Assembly (NCBI RefSeq): GCF_006345805.1
Contig: NW_021833700.1
Coordinates: 1 to 63,974, forward strand
From: Octopus sinensis
Lineage: Eukaryota
Direction: 5' to 3'
DNA length: 63,974 nucleotides
Below the pieces are notes generated by a model, which was not told where the DNA came from, did no database searches, and saw only the letters and a list, made by a program, of their open reading frames with translations. Below, one piece after another: positions 1 to 13,138 of the stretch. The translations under genes and the position numbers were made by a program. Each line of letters opens with the position of its first letter. The first letter of the stretch is position 1.

Positions 1-850
1 TTAAAGCTGCAAATATTGCAGCAAATACAAGTGTCCCGTATTCATCAGCCAAAACACATATATGAGTTTTCCAAAACATCCTAGGGGGTGAGGCTACACT
101 CATGAAGTATCGGAGAGAGTATCTTCCTCTACTGATAGCCTTTGACCCCTTTAATTCTTTCCTCTGATCTCTTTATATTCTTTATCCCGCCATTAACTCT
201 GTAGGAGTGGCAGTTAATAGCTGTTTGCTGGTCAAAAATAATGTTCCCTTATAAATCTAAAATTCCTGCAACACTGACCTAGATTTTTCTGTCACCACAG
301 AAATAAACTAAACTTTGTAGGTTGTGTACTTACACCCCCTTCCTCCCATAATGTCCTTATTTGGGCGGTTTCTGCTTCACTGACTTCTTTTGCGACTTCT
401 TTTAGCCACTATAGCCAATCTCTTCTTCCAACAACGTAGTTTGTGAAATGAATAGATGTGTGATCAACATCTTTTCCTCATACATCAGGAAATTACATCT
501 GCATTTTTATGGATACATTCATCTACTCTTTGAATAAAATCTCTCCTCATATCTCCGGAAATTACACCTGCATTATTATGGATGGATTTACCTTTTCTGT
601 GAAGCTAACAATTTTTTAAAAAACCTTTTATAAAACTGTGCATCATTAGAAAACATTTTAAGTCTGCTTACAATCTAACTTTGCTTTTCATAGAACTCTC
701 TCCGATACTTCATGAGTGTAGCCTCACCCCCTAGGATGTTTGGAAAACTCATATGTGTTTTGGCTGATTAATACGGGGCACTTGTATTTGCTGCAACATT
801 TGCAGCATTAAATAAATCTGTTCTTCGTATGAAACAATTGTACTGAACAA
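1..850. mobile_element. Inverted-repeat element with hammerhead motif (Penelope-like pLTR relic)
   Basis: 1-120 is the reverse complement of 695-811 with few mismatches. HHR-like motif at 759-847. No clear ORF in the spacer. Confidence 0.6.
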
Positions 851-1470
851 CTAATCCATTCTTGTTGCTTTTTTCTTGTTTATAATCACCCCACATTATT
901 TTATGGTTAATACCATAAAGATTTCTGGTGCATCTAAGTTAAGTACCACATTCATGTGAATTCATTGGAACTCACTTGAATCTTAATTGTTTTACATATA
1001 TAAATATATATGTACACACGCACACACAATCGGTCTGAGCAGACCATGGGGCGAGAGGAGAAGTCACTAAGTCATTGAAAATGTCGTTAACAGCAACGAA
1101 AGGTCTTTCGCTGACAAACAATCGATTGATAGTTTAAGCAGCACATTAAAACAAATGATCGATTATTTTGTTGGTTAATTATTTAACCAATTCACGAACA
1201 ATAAGAAGCAGAACTGAACCTCTGTGTGTGTGTTATTATTATTATTGCTATAATGACTCACCCAAGACAATGACACATGGATGCATGTATGTTATCTCTC
1301 TCTTTCTCTTTATATATATATATATACATACTTTATTAAAAAGCAGCAAAAATATCACAAAAACTGTTACTCAGAGTTTCACTTTCCCGTTCGTCGGACA
1401 GTTTTATTCATACACATATTCATCTATTTCTCTCTCTCTCTCGTGTGTGTGTGTGTGTGTCTGTGTGTGT

Positions 1471-2086
1471 AGTAATCCATCGTCATATCGCGGTTCATCT
1501 ATCGCGGTTTATTATTTAAGCTTACGTCGATCCCTCCATGGTGTTGCTTTGCATTTATAAATTATATTAAAAAATAATAATAATAGGCGCAGGAGTGGCT
1601 GTGTGGTAAGTAGCTTGTCTACCAACCACATGGTTCCGGGTTCAGTCCCACTGCGTGGCACCTTGGGCAAGTCTCTTCTACTATAGCCTCGGGCCGACCA
1701 AAGCCTTGTGAGTGGATTTGGTAGACGGAAACTGAAAGAAGCCCGTCGTATATATGCATATATATATATATATGCGTGTGTGTGTGTGTGTGTTTGTTTG
1801 TCCCCTAGCATTGCTTGACAACCGATGCTGGTGTGTTTATGTCCCCGTTACCTAGCGGTTCGGCATAAGAGACCGATAGAATAAGTACTGGGCTTACAAA
1901 AGAATAAGTCCCGGGGTCGAGTTGCTCGATTAAAGGCGGTGCTCCAGCATGGCCACAGTCAAATGACTGAAACAAGCAAAAGAGTAAAGAGAGAAAAGAG
2001 AGTACAGTATTGTTTCTACTTCGCGGATTTTCACCTATCGCGATCGGTTTTGGAACGCAACACCTGCGGCAGTCGAGGGATTACTG
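1471..2086 (+). mobile_element. Tigger/pogo-like MITE interrupted by a SINE
   Basis: Left end agtaatccatcg...atcgcgg and right end cgagggattactg+TA form inverted termini resembling the CAGTAATCCCTCG TIR type. A SINE occupies 1586-1990. Confidence 0.6.
1586..1990 (+). mobile_element. tRNA-derived SINE, family A (octopus OK/OR-type)
   Basis: A box tggctgtgtgg, B box ggttcagtcc, accttgggcaagt core, internal (TA)/(TG) tract and tail gactgaaacaag(t)aaaagag. Closely similar copies at 3325, 16661, 49506 and 62997. Confidence 0.85.
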
Positions 2087-2128
<42 letters not shown>

Positions 2129-2734
2129 AAAATTCTTGATCTACACATCTTCCACAGTTCCGCCTGACACATCTGTGACATCTGACTTACACAGTCAGAC
2201 ATTATACACTCATATGGTCCGCAATAATGTTCTACACACACACACATACACCCACACCTTATATACACTCGCGTTTCCTCGCTATCGTGACACCTTTATC
2301 TACCTTTGGTTCAGCTTTCAATCAGCTTCGTTCGTTCCACTTCATCCTCCCCACCCTCCTCCTCTAGCATAAGATCGATAGAATATATATAGGTTCGATA
2401 AGAAGGTCGAATTAACCGATTTTGTAACAACGGTTTTCTTCGCAGTCACTGTCATCATCATCGTCATCATTGCCACCACTACACCCCCATAGCCACCATC
2501 ACTAAAGCTACTACTACTACTACCACTATCACCACTACCACCATCATCATCATCATCATCATCGTCGTCGTCATCACAGACACCTACACTGTAGCCACCA
2601 ACACCACTGCCGATACCACCATTACCATCATCACCAGGAGGTATAAAGAAGCTTCGCTGATTAAGAGAATGTAGGGTGTTGGTGAGTGAATATATGTTTA
2701 CTAAACAATGGCCGTAGGATTTTTTCTTTCCTAA

Positions 2735-2783
2735 TTAATATCCCCGTGGGACGATGTTTTCAATCATCGTCCCACAGGGTTAA
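2735..2783. repeat. Collapsed TTAA-flanked hairpin mini-element
   Basis: ttaa..ccc gtgggacgatg [ttttcaat] catcgtcccac aggg ttaa: an 11-bp perfect stem with CCC/GGG termini inside TTAA. Confidence 0.45.
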
Positions 2784-3324
2784 GCAAAGCTCCAGTGGAA
2801 GGCGAAACTGTGACTCGTGTTATGAATGCAGAAATATAGACTCGTTATTCGCCAGGCGTTGGCAAACTGTTTTTAGAGGTGAGCTAGATTAGAAATTGTT
2901 TTTATATCTTGCAAGCCAAAGAGAGGAATATATGAAACCATGGCCACACAACGCTATAGAAATAGATTATATTTTTTAAGATATAAAACTTTAAACATCA
3001 CCCGTTGTTATGAAGGAATCACTGCATATTTTAATGATTTAAAAGATTCTATTTTTTATGTGTGACACAGTAGTAGGCAGTGAAGAGTTAAAACATTTTT
3101 ACATTGAGCTCAATGGGAGCAATTATGGCTTGGGGCATAATTGTTGCATCAACTAGTTTAGCTGCGTTTCTTAACGGACAACTAAAAATATCTTTGGTAA
3201 AGGTTTTTAGGAAAAATGTTTTAGTAAATATTTTTAGTAAGGCAATTGTAGCCTCCGGATAAGTAATGGTACCAGCTCCTAGTTCACCTGTTTTCCTCAA
3301 AAGATAAATATATTTTAGTGATAA

Positions 3325-3498
3325 GCCCAGACGTGGTTGTGTGGCAAGAAGTTTGCTTTCCAACCACACGGTTCCAGGTTCAGTCCCACTGCATGGCACC
3401 TTGGGCAAGTGTCTTCTATTATAACGCTGGGCCGACCAAAGTCTCGTGAGTGGATTTGCCTGACGGAAACTGAAAGACTGAAAGAAACCCGTAGCATA

Positions 3499-3552
<54 letters not shown>

Positions 3553-3755
3553 ACAACCGGCGTTGGTGTGTTTGTCCCTTGACAACCGGTGATGGTGTGT
3601 TTGTCCCCGTAACATAGCAGTTCGGCAAAAAGACCGATAAATAATTTCCAGGCTTAAAAGAAAAAGTAAATCACTGATGTCGACCCGTTCGACTAAAATT
3701 CTTCAAGGGGATGCCCCAGCATGGCCGCAGTCTAATGATCGAAACAAGTAAAACA
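3325..3755 (+). mobile_element. SINE family A copy
   Basis: Same head, core and tail as 1586-1990, with an internal duplication of tgacaaccgg..tggtgtgtttgtccc. Confidence 0.85.
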
Positions 3756-4669
3756 AAATATAATAAAGATCGATTCGCTTGAGCCTGTATTACAAAATTA
3801 AGATTTTGCTCTCCTTTTCGGCATTGAATGGGAATAGCTTCCCTTGTGTCCTTCAGCAAGACACACTACTTAATTCATACAGCAAGAAAATTAGTTTCAA
3901 CCGCAACAAATAGCAGCGGTTTAGCCCCGAGAGAGACTGACGCCTCCTAGTGTCAGCCGCTTAGCATAATGGAAACAGGTTAAGCTCAGATATAATGGGT
4001 CTGTAGATCAAGTCAGATTTTTCTTAACCCATATTCAGCAAAATCTGTGAGCCGGATGAAATGAGGCCTTTGGGTCGTAGTTTACTGCCCCTTGTTATAA
4101 ACAACAAACCCTAAGATGTTTATTAGCTAATAATAATTCCATATTACATGGTTATTAGTTAAAATCCAGAAGCTAATATATTGTGCTTCATTTCGATATA
4201 ACACTGTTGAAGCCCTTTGATGTTTCTCAGATACAGTTCGGAGGCAGATTTAATATCAACATTTCCATAGGTTTCGCCCACTTTCTAATAATCAACCGAG
4301 TTTATAATCTCTCTAATTCGTCTTAATGGTGCTTTCTAGAATTAATATTAAGTGAATTATTAAACAGTGAAACTCTGCTCATAATATAATCACAAAGCAA
4401 CAAAACAAGACAACGTCCCATTATTTTGTCTGTTTAAGACATTAGTCTTAAGAAATTAGTCTTAAGTAAAAGAAAATAAGTAAAGATATTGGTAAAAACA
4501 TAAAAGAAATCTAAACAATATGGCGAGAGACAGATTCAGGAAAGATTGTAGAATAATTTGGGTGAGATTTTTGGTTTGTTTTTCTCTGACGAAAACTCGG
4601 TCCCAAAACGTGAAGTTCCGATTCTCGTTATAAAGTAATAACATATAAACCTATCCAAAGGTAGGACAC

Positions 4670-4960
4670 TCAATGTGTGGCCTAGTGGTTAGAGGTGTCG
4701 CGCTCACAATCACAAAATAGTGGTTTCGATTCCCAAACCGGGTGATGCCTTGTGTTCTTGAGCAGAACACTTCATTTCATTTTTGTTCCAGTTCACTCAA
4801 ATGTAAATGGTTAACCTTGCAACGGATTAGCCTTCCGTTTCGGGGAAATCTTGGTTTGACCGTCTCGCCAGTGCGGTGATATCAACGTCACCGCACTGCA
4901 GCAATGCGAAGAAGCGCATTGTAACCAACGGTGTATAACAACGTCCGATAATCATCGATT
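4670..4960 (+). mobile_element. tRNA-derived SINE, family E (degenerate)
   Basis: tggcctagtggttag and ttcgattccc boxes, then gtgttcttgagcagaacacttc core. The tail resembles the reverse copy at 24010-24280. Confidence 0.6.
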
Positions 4961-5284
4961 GTAATGATACATACATTCATACAACACTGGTATTGTCCAC
5001 CTGCATCTAGCTGCCCTCCTGCATTCTGTAAGAATCCTAGGATATATTCCTGATATTCGAAGACACATTGTCACCAAATTTCAAGACAACGTCCTTGTTA
5101 ACTAAAGTAGTTTTGATGATGATGATAATAATAATAATAAATTGTTTTAACTGGTACGTCACACGCATTGAGAAGAGCATTGTTGCTGTGAATTTTCTTT
5201 TCCTCCCTTTATTTTATTTGTTTACTTTTCTATTTTTATTTTTTCCCTTTTTCTTCCTGTCTTCCCCTTTTTCTCTATCACATG

Positions 5285-5705
5285 ACTCTGTAAATGGACA
5301 ATCTGGTGTTCTTGGTTTTAATGGCCTACCAATGTATACAGAACGTTTCTCTACCCTAGGTGCCAAGAAGACACTCGGCAAGAAATTGAAACAGAATTGA
5401 AAGAATATGCTAATGAAAATAATAATAATAATAATAATAATAATCTGTTTATTAATTGACCTGAGTATCTCTTGTGATCACAATATTGTGGTTAAACTCA
5501 GAAAATAAACATAATTTGCTCATTGCAAACGAAAAAATGTGGTACCTCAAAGTGATTACAACACCAGTGATTATAGACGCACCAGGAATTACAAAAAAAA
5601 AAACAAAAAAAAAACATGGAAATTATTTGAGAATGATTCTTGGCTTACCATTCCTACAAGAAGTGCACAGGATTGTTTTAAGTGGTATGTCACATGAATT
5701 GTTGC
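5285..5705 (+). mobile_element. R4/Dong-like LINE fragments around an (AAT)n tract
   Basis: 5440-5705 gives degenerate LLIDLSISCDHNIVVK..EKMWYLKVITTPVII..LQEVHRIVLSGMSHEL (RLE C-terminus). 5285-5410 is a 3' tail ending in (AAT)n that recurs reversed at ~40250-40345. Confidence 0.65.
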
Positions 5706-6539
5706 TGTGAGAACGATTACTACCCATGTAAATATTATTTTTACTGTAGTTTCATCGATGCTAACCATTTTCGCCAGAACTACTCCTTTCACACTTGGTT
5801 TCTTTTCCACGAGAAACCAGAGAAGCCGATGAGATATGATCAAAGACGACGTTTCTATCCTCAGCCCTTTCAACGTTGTTTATCTCACTTCTTCTACAAT
5901 AGTCAGGCGAAAACATGTTCCACCGCCTTAAAGGCTGAATGATCTTCGCGGTTTACTCAGCCAAAAGGTGAATCTCTCTTGTACTTGATACTGGCTTTTC
6001 CGACATTACTCTGCAGATAACAAAATGCGAACCCATTTTCTCAGAGGCGCACGCTGTAGTCGTTATTACAGAAACTAAAATCCTTTTAAAGGAAAAACCA
6101 TAATAGCTCGAAATCTAAGAAAAAGAAGGAAAACGAAAACAACCAGTTTGATGATATAAAAGAGGGATGAAATGTAAAGAGACTTTGAGATGAATTTCTG
6201 GGCAAAAAGACAGGAAACTGATACAAAAAAAAAAAATACGAAAATACGTTTGATTTAAGAATGCATTTAAAAGAGAGAGAAGAAAAAAACTGTTAGGTAA
6301 GAACTACCATCAAACTACTTATATCTCGTGATAGGATTTTAAAAAAAAATATGTTATTATATTTATTTGAATGAATTTTATATATTTCAAGCTCTGTTAG
6401 ATTTTGTCACAGACATTTTTATGTCTTCTTGTTCTTCTTCTTGAAAATATACCAAACAATTTTCTGATTAATCTAAGTTCTTTAACGTAAGTAAAATAGT
6501 TTGTGTAATCTGTTCTGATAAGGTCTTACTCAGAATAGG

Positions 6540-6551
6540 TATTTATATACG

Positions 6552-6589
<38 letters not shown>

Positions 6590-6661
6590 TATATATATGT
6601 CCATATATATATATATATATCCATATATACATATATGTATATGCATATATATTTGCGTATA

Positions 6662-6703
<42 letters not shown>

Positions 6704-7030
6704 ATGTACATATACACACACATATATATGTCATGTATATATATATATATATGCATATATATTTGCGTATATATAGATATATATATATATATTTATGTAC
6801 ATACACACACATATATATGTCCATGTATATATATCATATATATGCATATATATTTGTGTATATATATATATTATATATATATACATAGACACATACATAT
6901 CTAATAACACAGACACACACACAATAAATATATATATGTATATGTGTGCTTGTATATATGTATATATATGTATGTGTGTGTATGTGTGTATACAGTACCA
7001 TACACACACGCACAACACACACACGTATAT
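6540..7030. repeat. Compound (TA)/(CA) microsatellite
   Basis: Direct inspection; source of the YIYI/CVCV ORFs. Confidence 0.95.
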
Positions 7031-7439
7031 ATTCAAACCTAAGCTACTTATAGTTTTATGATGCAGACAATTATATTACTTTTCTAAATTGATATACACG
7101 CATACACTCCATCATTCATTTCACTCTCCCTCCTTCTCTCTCTCCCTCCTCTCTCATTTCTTTTCCTCCCTATTTCTCTTCCCATCTCTCTCTCTCTCCC
7201 TCTCTTTCGATCTAACTCCTCTTCTTCCCGACCTTCCTCTACTCCCTCGGAATTAAATTCTGCAAAAAGACATTGGATAGTCGCTGCCCAACCTTTTTTT
7301 CTTTTTTTCCAGAATTTACCAAATACGAAAAAAAAAAAAAATATATATATATAATAATTTATAAAGAAAAAAAAGGAAAATTTTTTTTAGTTTATTTCCA
7401 AATTTTATATAAAATCTAAATCTTGGTTTATTTATTCGT

Positions 7440-9270
7440 TGTCTAGTTCTATATTTTATATTCACGACCCTTTCTAGGGGATTCACATCTTCCTTGGGTC
7501 GGTTTTGCATTTCGTGGTTCTCCGTCTTGATAAAATATATTAGCAGACAAGGAGAGACCAAAACCTAGATTATTTCCTTATCCAAAGTTTATTGAATTTA
7601 TTCGAAGGCATCTATTGTCCCGCATTCCTCATTCCGTTTTGAATGGTACTTCAAGACACGAGGAGGGGGTTGGCTTGGGAGAAAAAGCTCTACCGCCAAG
7701 TCTTTCAATCCCACCCCCTATACAACTACCTTCACCGTAGCCACCAGACAGAGAGAAAAAAAGGCCACCGTTGTTTGCTCAGGGAAGGCGGAAGTCCGTT
7801 CTAGTACCAGGTGTTGACCGGATCTGTCCTGCTCGTGTTTACAGCTATTCGATTTAAACACACCAATCAACACTAGATCGAATCCCAGTTCACGTCTTGG
7901 AAAGATTCGGTTGCTGGCGACTCCAACACAGCCAAGCCGGTGTCTGTATTATAGTCTTTCATTTAAAACAGAGTACGCCTCTGTAACTCTGCCAAACCAA
8001 GGACTTCTGGAAAGTGTTCGAAATCTTCGACCTGAAAATATTCCAAAACATCTTGCAAAACTATCACAGCTGTCCTCTACCAAATCAATAATCGCTCCCA
8101 CACAGTCAATTCTTATATCCTCCACGATTCCCTCTAAAAGATGCCTCCATTCTACAGGTGCACGCTTAGCGTTGTTATATCCATCTTAACCCTTTTCGAC
8201 ACAGTCATACCCCCATCACACACACACATTTGACAAATTCACTGGAGGAAAGTGCTTCCCTCTCAATCCTCATTTTGCTTCCTAAGCGGAACAAGATACG
8301 TCAATGAGAGTTTGACCAAAGAGAAAACTTGCAGTCCTCAGACTTGTCAGTTTTGTCCATCGCACAACCTTTCCGCCAAAAACTGTCGCCTGCACCTTCT
8401 TAAAGGCGGCAGCGAAACGATCTTCAAGATAGACTAAACCAGTTCTTGAATTTGTTCCATGCGTGACATCAACTGTTCGGCATAACAACACACCCCAGAC
8501 ATTGGAACAAATATATGCAGAATATTTTCGTCGCTCTGCACACATCACAGACAGTAATATGCATTTGGAATTTGTCCTGACCTGGTAAGAACATACCAGC
8601 CAAATTTCCCCAGCGCCCAAATTTTCAGCAAAAACGTCGTCACCCTTTGCTACCTCCATTTCTTTATATATTGCTAACGTAAAACTTCTGCTCGACTGAT
8701 TGTTAGAGGTCAGTGGACGCCTGGCGACATTCCAGATGCTAGATGCCCAGCTATGATCTTTTCTTGACCCAGGTCTGTTGCACCGCCAAAGACGCGAGCA
8801 GCAGAAAGATATGGTTTACAAAAATAAACCATTCCTGCTCACACACCAGAAATTTCTGCAGATGGCGCAGAGCAGTGACAGTATACCGAGGACACCTCAC
8901 AGAGAACATTGACCGCAGAGACTAACTGACCAGTGGAAAGCGCCTCTTCCACAGGAAACGGAGGAAAATATGCTCCTGTTTGGTCAGAAAAGGGCGAGAT
9001 GAGATTGTGAGGTAAGTTATGACGGGAACAATGAAGATGGTCACCACCTCTGTTTCCTTTTTTAGGGATATCGACCATTAGGCCCGTTTCTGGGTGAGGT
9101 TAGCCATTTTGCTCGTCACTCCAATTTCTGTTACGCTTCAAACCACGTCTCGAGCTGTTTCATTGATCCATATGTCCAGCGATCCACGACGGCGTCCAGG
9201 GAGATGCGGTTACCACTTCACGTATCAAACAACAAGCCTACCGAATGTCGGCGGCGTCGTCATCGTTGAC
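7440..9270 (-). mobile_element. Tx1/L1-clade LINE ORF2 relics (two 3' segments back to back)
   Basis: Frameshifted minus-strand peptides WSISLKRETEVVTIFIVPVITY..FLRFLWKRRFPLV, DDVFAENLG, FQKSLVWQSYRG, LVATVKVVV*..LKYHSKR. They match the better-preserved copies at 26250 and 34170. Confidence 0.75.
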
Positions 9271-9810
9271 CACAACACCTCTTCTTCATCATCATCCCCT
9301 TCCTCCTCCTATTCTTCTTCATCCTCCCCTTCCTTCCCTATTCTTCCCCTCTTTCTCTTCCTCCTCTCCTTCCTCTTCTTCTTCCTCCTCTTCTGCTTCC
9401 TCCTTCTCTGCTTCCTCCTCCTCTGCTTCTTCTTCCTCCTCTTCTTCTTCCTTCTCTTCTTCCTTCTCTTCTTCCTCCGCTTCTTCCTCCTCTTCTTCCT
9501 CCTCTTCGTCCTCTTCTTCCTCCTCCGCTTCGTCCTCCTCTTCTTCTTCCTTCTCTTCTTCCTCCTCTTCGTCCTCCTCCTCTTCTTCCTCCTCTTTCTC
9601 TTTTCCTCTCCATCGTCATCAACAGTGTCCTCACCGTAATCCTCACCCACCACCACCACTACCACGACAACAAATATCACCACCCCCACCACAACTACTA
9701 CCACCATCATCACAATCACCACCACCACCACCACCACCTCCACTACCGTCACCACTACCGTCATCACCATCGCCCCACCCCCACCATCGTCATCATCGGC
9801 AGAGTCAATA
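9270..9810. repeat. (CTT/CTC)n then (CAC/CAT)n trinucleotide tracts
   Basis: Direct inspection; explains the poly-S/F/R/K/P ORFs. Confidence 0.95.
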
Positions 9811-11746
9811 GATTTGGCTCCTGTTCAGCTGTCAAACTGTCCTGTCTACAATCGGCCAATGATCAAAGGAGGGGGGGTAATGAAAGTTCGATGCTACACA
9901 CACACACACACACACATACATACACACACACACAAAACGCACATACACATACACACACATATACAAACCGACATACACACATATACTCGCACAGATATTT
10001 CTTTGAATTGTTTCATATTTCTCACACACACACACACACACATCTATTCTCATATATACACATACACACATATACACACTTGTGAATAAATGCTCAGAAG
10101 CACATAAATACATACTCGCATTACGGTGTTTTATCTGATTTAGCAAATACATACACACATACGTACATATATACTCACATGTATACATACATACACACAC
10201 ACATACACATACATACATACGTAAACACATATGATAGATCGATCGACAGACAGACAGATAGATTCATACATATAAACATATATACATAGATACATACTCA
10301 CATGTATACATACACACACACACATGCACATACATACATAGATATATACGTACATACACACATACATACATATGTAAACACACATATGATAGATCGATCG
10401 AAAGACAGACAGATACATCTATAGACAGATAGACAGACAGACAGATAGATTCATACATATACACATATATACATACATAAATACACACGCAAATACACAT
10501 GGAGATATACGCATGCGTGTAGATACACCCCCACTATAATGCATTGAAGCGTTCGATGTGATGTAGAGTCATTGATGCATGCTTAGACACGGTAGCATAC
10601 ATACAGTCACTCACATACACTCACACACATTTGTATATTGAAATAAGTGTGTGTTTATGCATAAGAATGTGTCTATATCTATCTATAGAAATATATGTAT
10701 ATACACACACATTTAGATATATACATAGACGCGCGCACACAAACATATACACATACGAACCTACACACACAATCTCAGATACCGCCACCCAAGAGTTAAT
10801 CGACTCTATTCACTAAGATAGCTTGAAGTGTAAAATTGTTTAAAGCGGGTATAATACTCCTCTATCTCGGGTAGCGATGATTCCGAAGCAGTAATTATTT
10901 TCGTCATGAGAACATTTATCAAAGTACCATCAAATCTCTTTGAAGGTGTAAATTTACAACTTCTATTTTATTTCATTATTCATCTTCCATTATTATTATT
11001 ATTATTATTACTATTATTGTTATTATTATTATTATTATTATCATTTTCCAATTATCTATTTTAACACATCGATTGCCTCCACTTCTATCGCTCTCCTTAT
11101 TCTCCCAACTCCCCGACCGACTTTTCCGCCATCTTGTCTTTGATGTAACTATAATTCGGCAACGGTTTTTAACGTGTAAATTTGCCAAGCAAAAGTAGAA
11201 TATCTTTAGCTTCTTTTTTAGAAAAATCTCTTTCACTATCTTCTATCTTTAAACCGGGAATTCTAAACGATTTTCGACGTAACTTCACCGTTGTTTTAAT
11301 TAACATATAAACAATCAAGTTGTACGAAACTACAACCAAACTGCAATCACAACGAATGATGACTCTGCAGTTTATTAGAATCTTCGATAAAAGAAGGCCA
11401 AGGTTAGAAGCGATGTGATTGACACGTTCAGCGATAATAGATCGATTGATAAATGTCCACAGTTTAACGATAAATCCTTCTTTCTGATAAAGATGATTAC
11501 TTAAAATTACTGGCTTTTTGGATGTACAATAATAAAAGAACCTACATATTGATGTATACACGTACATATGTATATAGGGATATATATATATTTATATATA
11601 TATGTATGTATAAAATATTGTGTACATTAAAACACATTAAGAAGCTTCCATCATAGGAAAGCCTTGCGCTAGAAAGAACAGTTAAAATTCAAACCTATAA
11701 TTAGGGATAAATTCTCGAAGGGAATGCAAATTAAAAACATTTACCA

Positions 11747-11795
<49 letters not shown>

Positions 11796-11851
11796 TGTAC
11801 GTGTGTATTTATGTACATAGTACATTGTATTATGTGTATATATATATGTGC

Positions 11852-11900
<49 letters not shown>

Positions 11901-11942
11901 ATATATGCATGTACGTGTGTATTTATGTACATAATACATTGT

Positions 11943-11990
<48 letters not shown>

Positions 11991-12590
11991 CGCATACACA
12001 GCAACCCCAGTTGCTAACCGTGAACTATAAAATAATTTTTTCAGTTTACTGAAATTTGATGTGGGGAAAAATTTACAGCCTTCTGCGTCAATAAACCACA
12101 ACTGTTCTTGAAAGCTGTTTTTTATAACTTCTACGGACTGCTCGAAGCTTACTAACTCCCTACACCTGGATGCTTGGCTCTCACCTTTACATATAATAAT
12201 TTCAATGTAAAAAAAATCATTTTACTTGTCTTCAAGAGTTGAAGCATTGGTGTAACCATAAAGTTCAACTGATCTGACGAGCTAGCCTTCTTTATCTGCA
12301 TTGATTTGTAAATGTACAATTGTATTGTACAATGGGTGGCATGCACATTGGTGCAGACATTTAAAATACTTCACGATAGACTGAAGCTATCACTACACGA
12401 AGACGGCCGTAATGCTAAGGATAACAAGTGGCTAAATAAAAATATTCACCTCTCATACCTCCTGATATGCTATGGTTAATATACTCCCCATTAAATAATT
12501 ACGTGGATTACTATGTGCTGCGATAACCGAGTCCATTAGAGGAGCTTTCTTTGATAGCCACAAGATTGTATAAATCCATATATTGCACTA

Positions 12591-12800
12591 TGTGACCTCG
12601 TGTGTACCGTTGGCGATTTTTTTTCCTCCGTCTTCCCTTCTCTGGATCTTTCTTTCTCCTATGTTTCTGATGAAGAACTCCGCTTGAAACGTTAAACCCT
12701 CCTTCTTCCCTTCTTTCCTGAGCGTCCAATAATACTATATTTGTTCCACATCCTCGCGTTGTTGCGTTTTTTGTGCTTTCTTGTTTGGATTATATATATA
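12591..12800 (+). mobile_element. Short Penelope-type tail element with minimal HHR (12663-12697)
   Basis: Homologous to 33912-34115, 53235-53440 and reversed 62553-62645. Contains gttt CTGATGA a gaactccgctt GAAAC GTT aaac and ends in (TA)n. Confidence 0.7.
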
Positions 12801-13094
12801 TATATATATATATACTTACCACATAGCGACGAAATTCTAACTAAGTCTGGTTTTCATGCTTCTTATTTGCAATTTTTACAATTCTACAATATTGAAATAA
12901 ACTAGTACTTTCATGCGTTACGCAGTCGTCAGGTTTATGTAGTGACAGTCGTGCGCATAAAAGTGAATGTTTATTTCAATATTGTAAAATTGCAAACGTT
13001 ACAAATAATGAAACGGGAAAACCAGACTTGGATGGAATTTCACTGATTGTTACATTCTTCTATACACAATCATACAAACACGCACACACATAGA

Positions 13095-13138
<44 letters not shown>

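Noticed and set aside
3088-3320. Hydrophobic peptide MGAIMAWGIIVASTSLAAFL (+) and its antisense ORF
   Set aside because: It is bounded by in-frame stops with no usable acceptor and I recognise no family.
2853-4093. Possible hAT-type MITE ends (caggcgttggcaaact ... agtttactgcccct)
   Set aside because: Too degenerate and no TSD is visible. The same applies to similar ends at ~46724-46962.
9094-9811. Long Ser/Phe/Arg/Lys/Pro-rich ORFs on both strands
   Set aside because: Derived from (CTT)/(CTC)/(CAC) tracts; open in several frames at once.
11169-11567. 132-aa minus-strand ORF
   Set aside because: It starts in a TA-rich tract, has no recognisable motif and no convincing splice context. The region is kept only as a promoter candidate.
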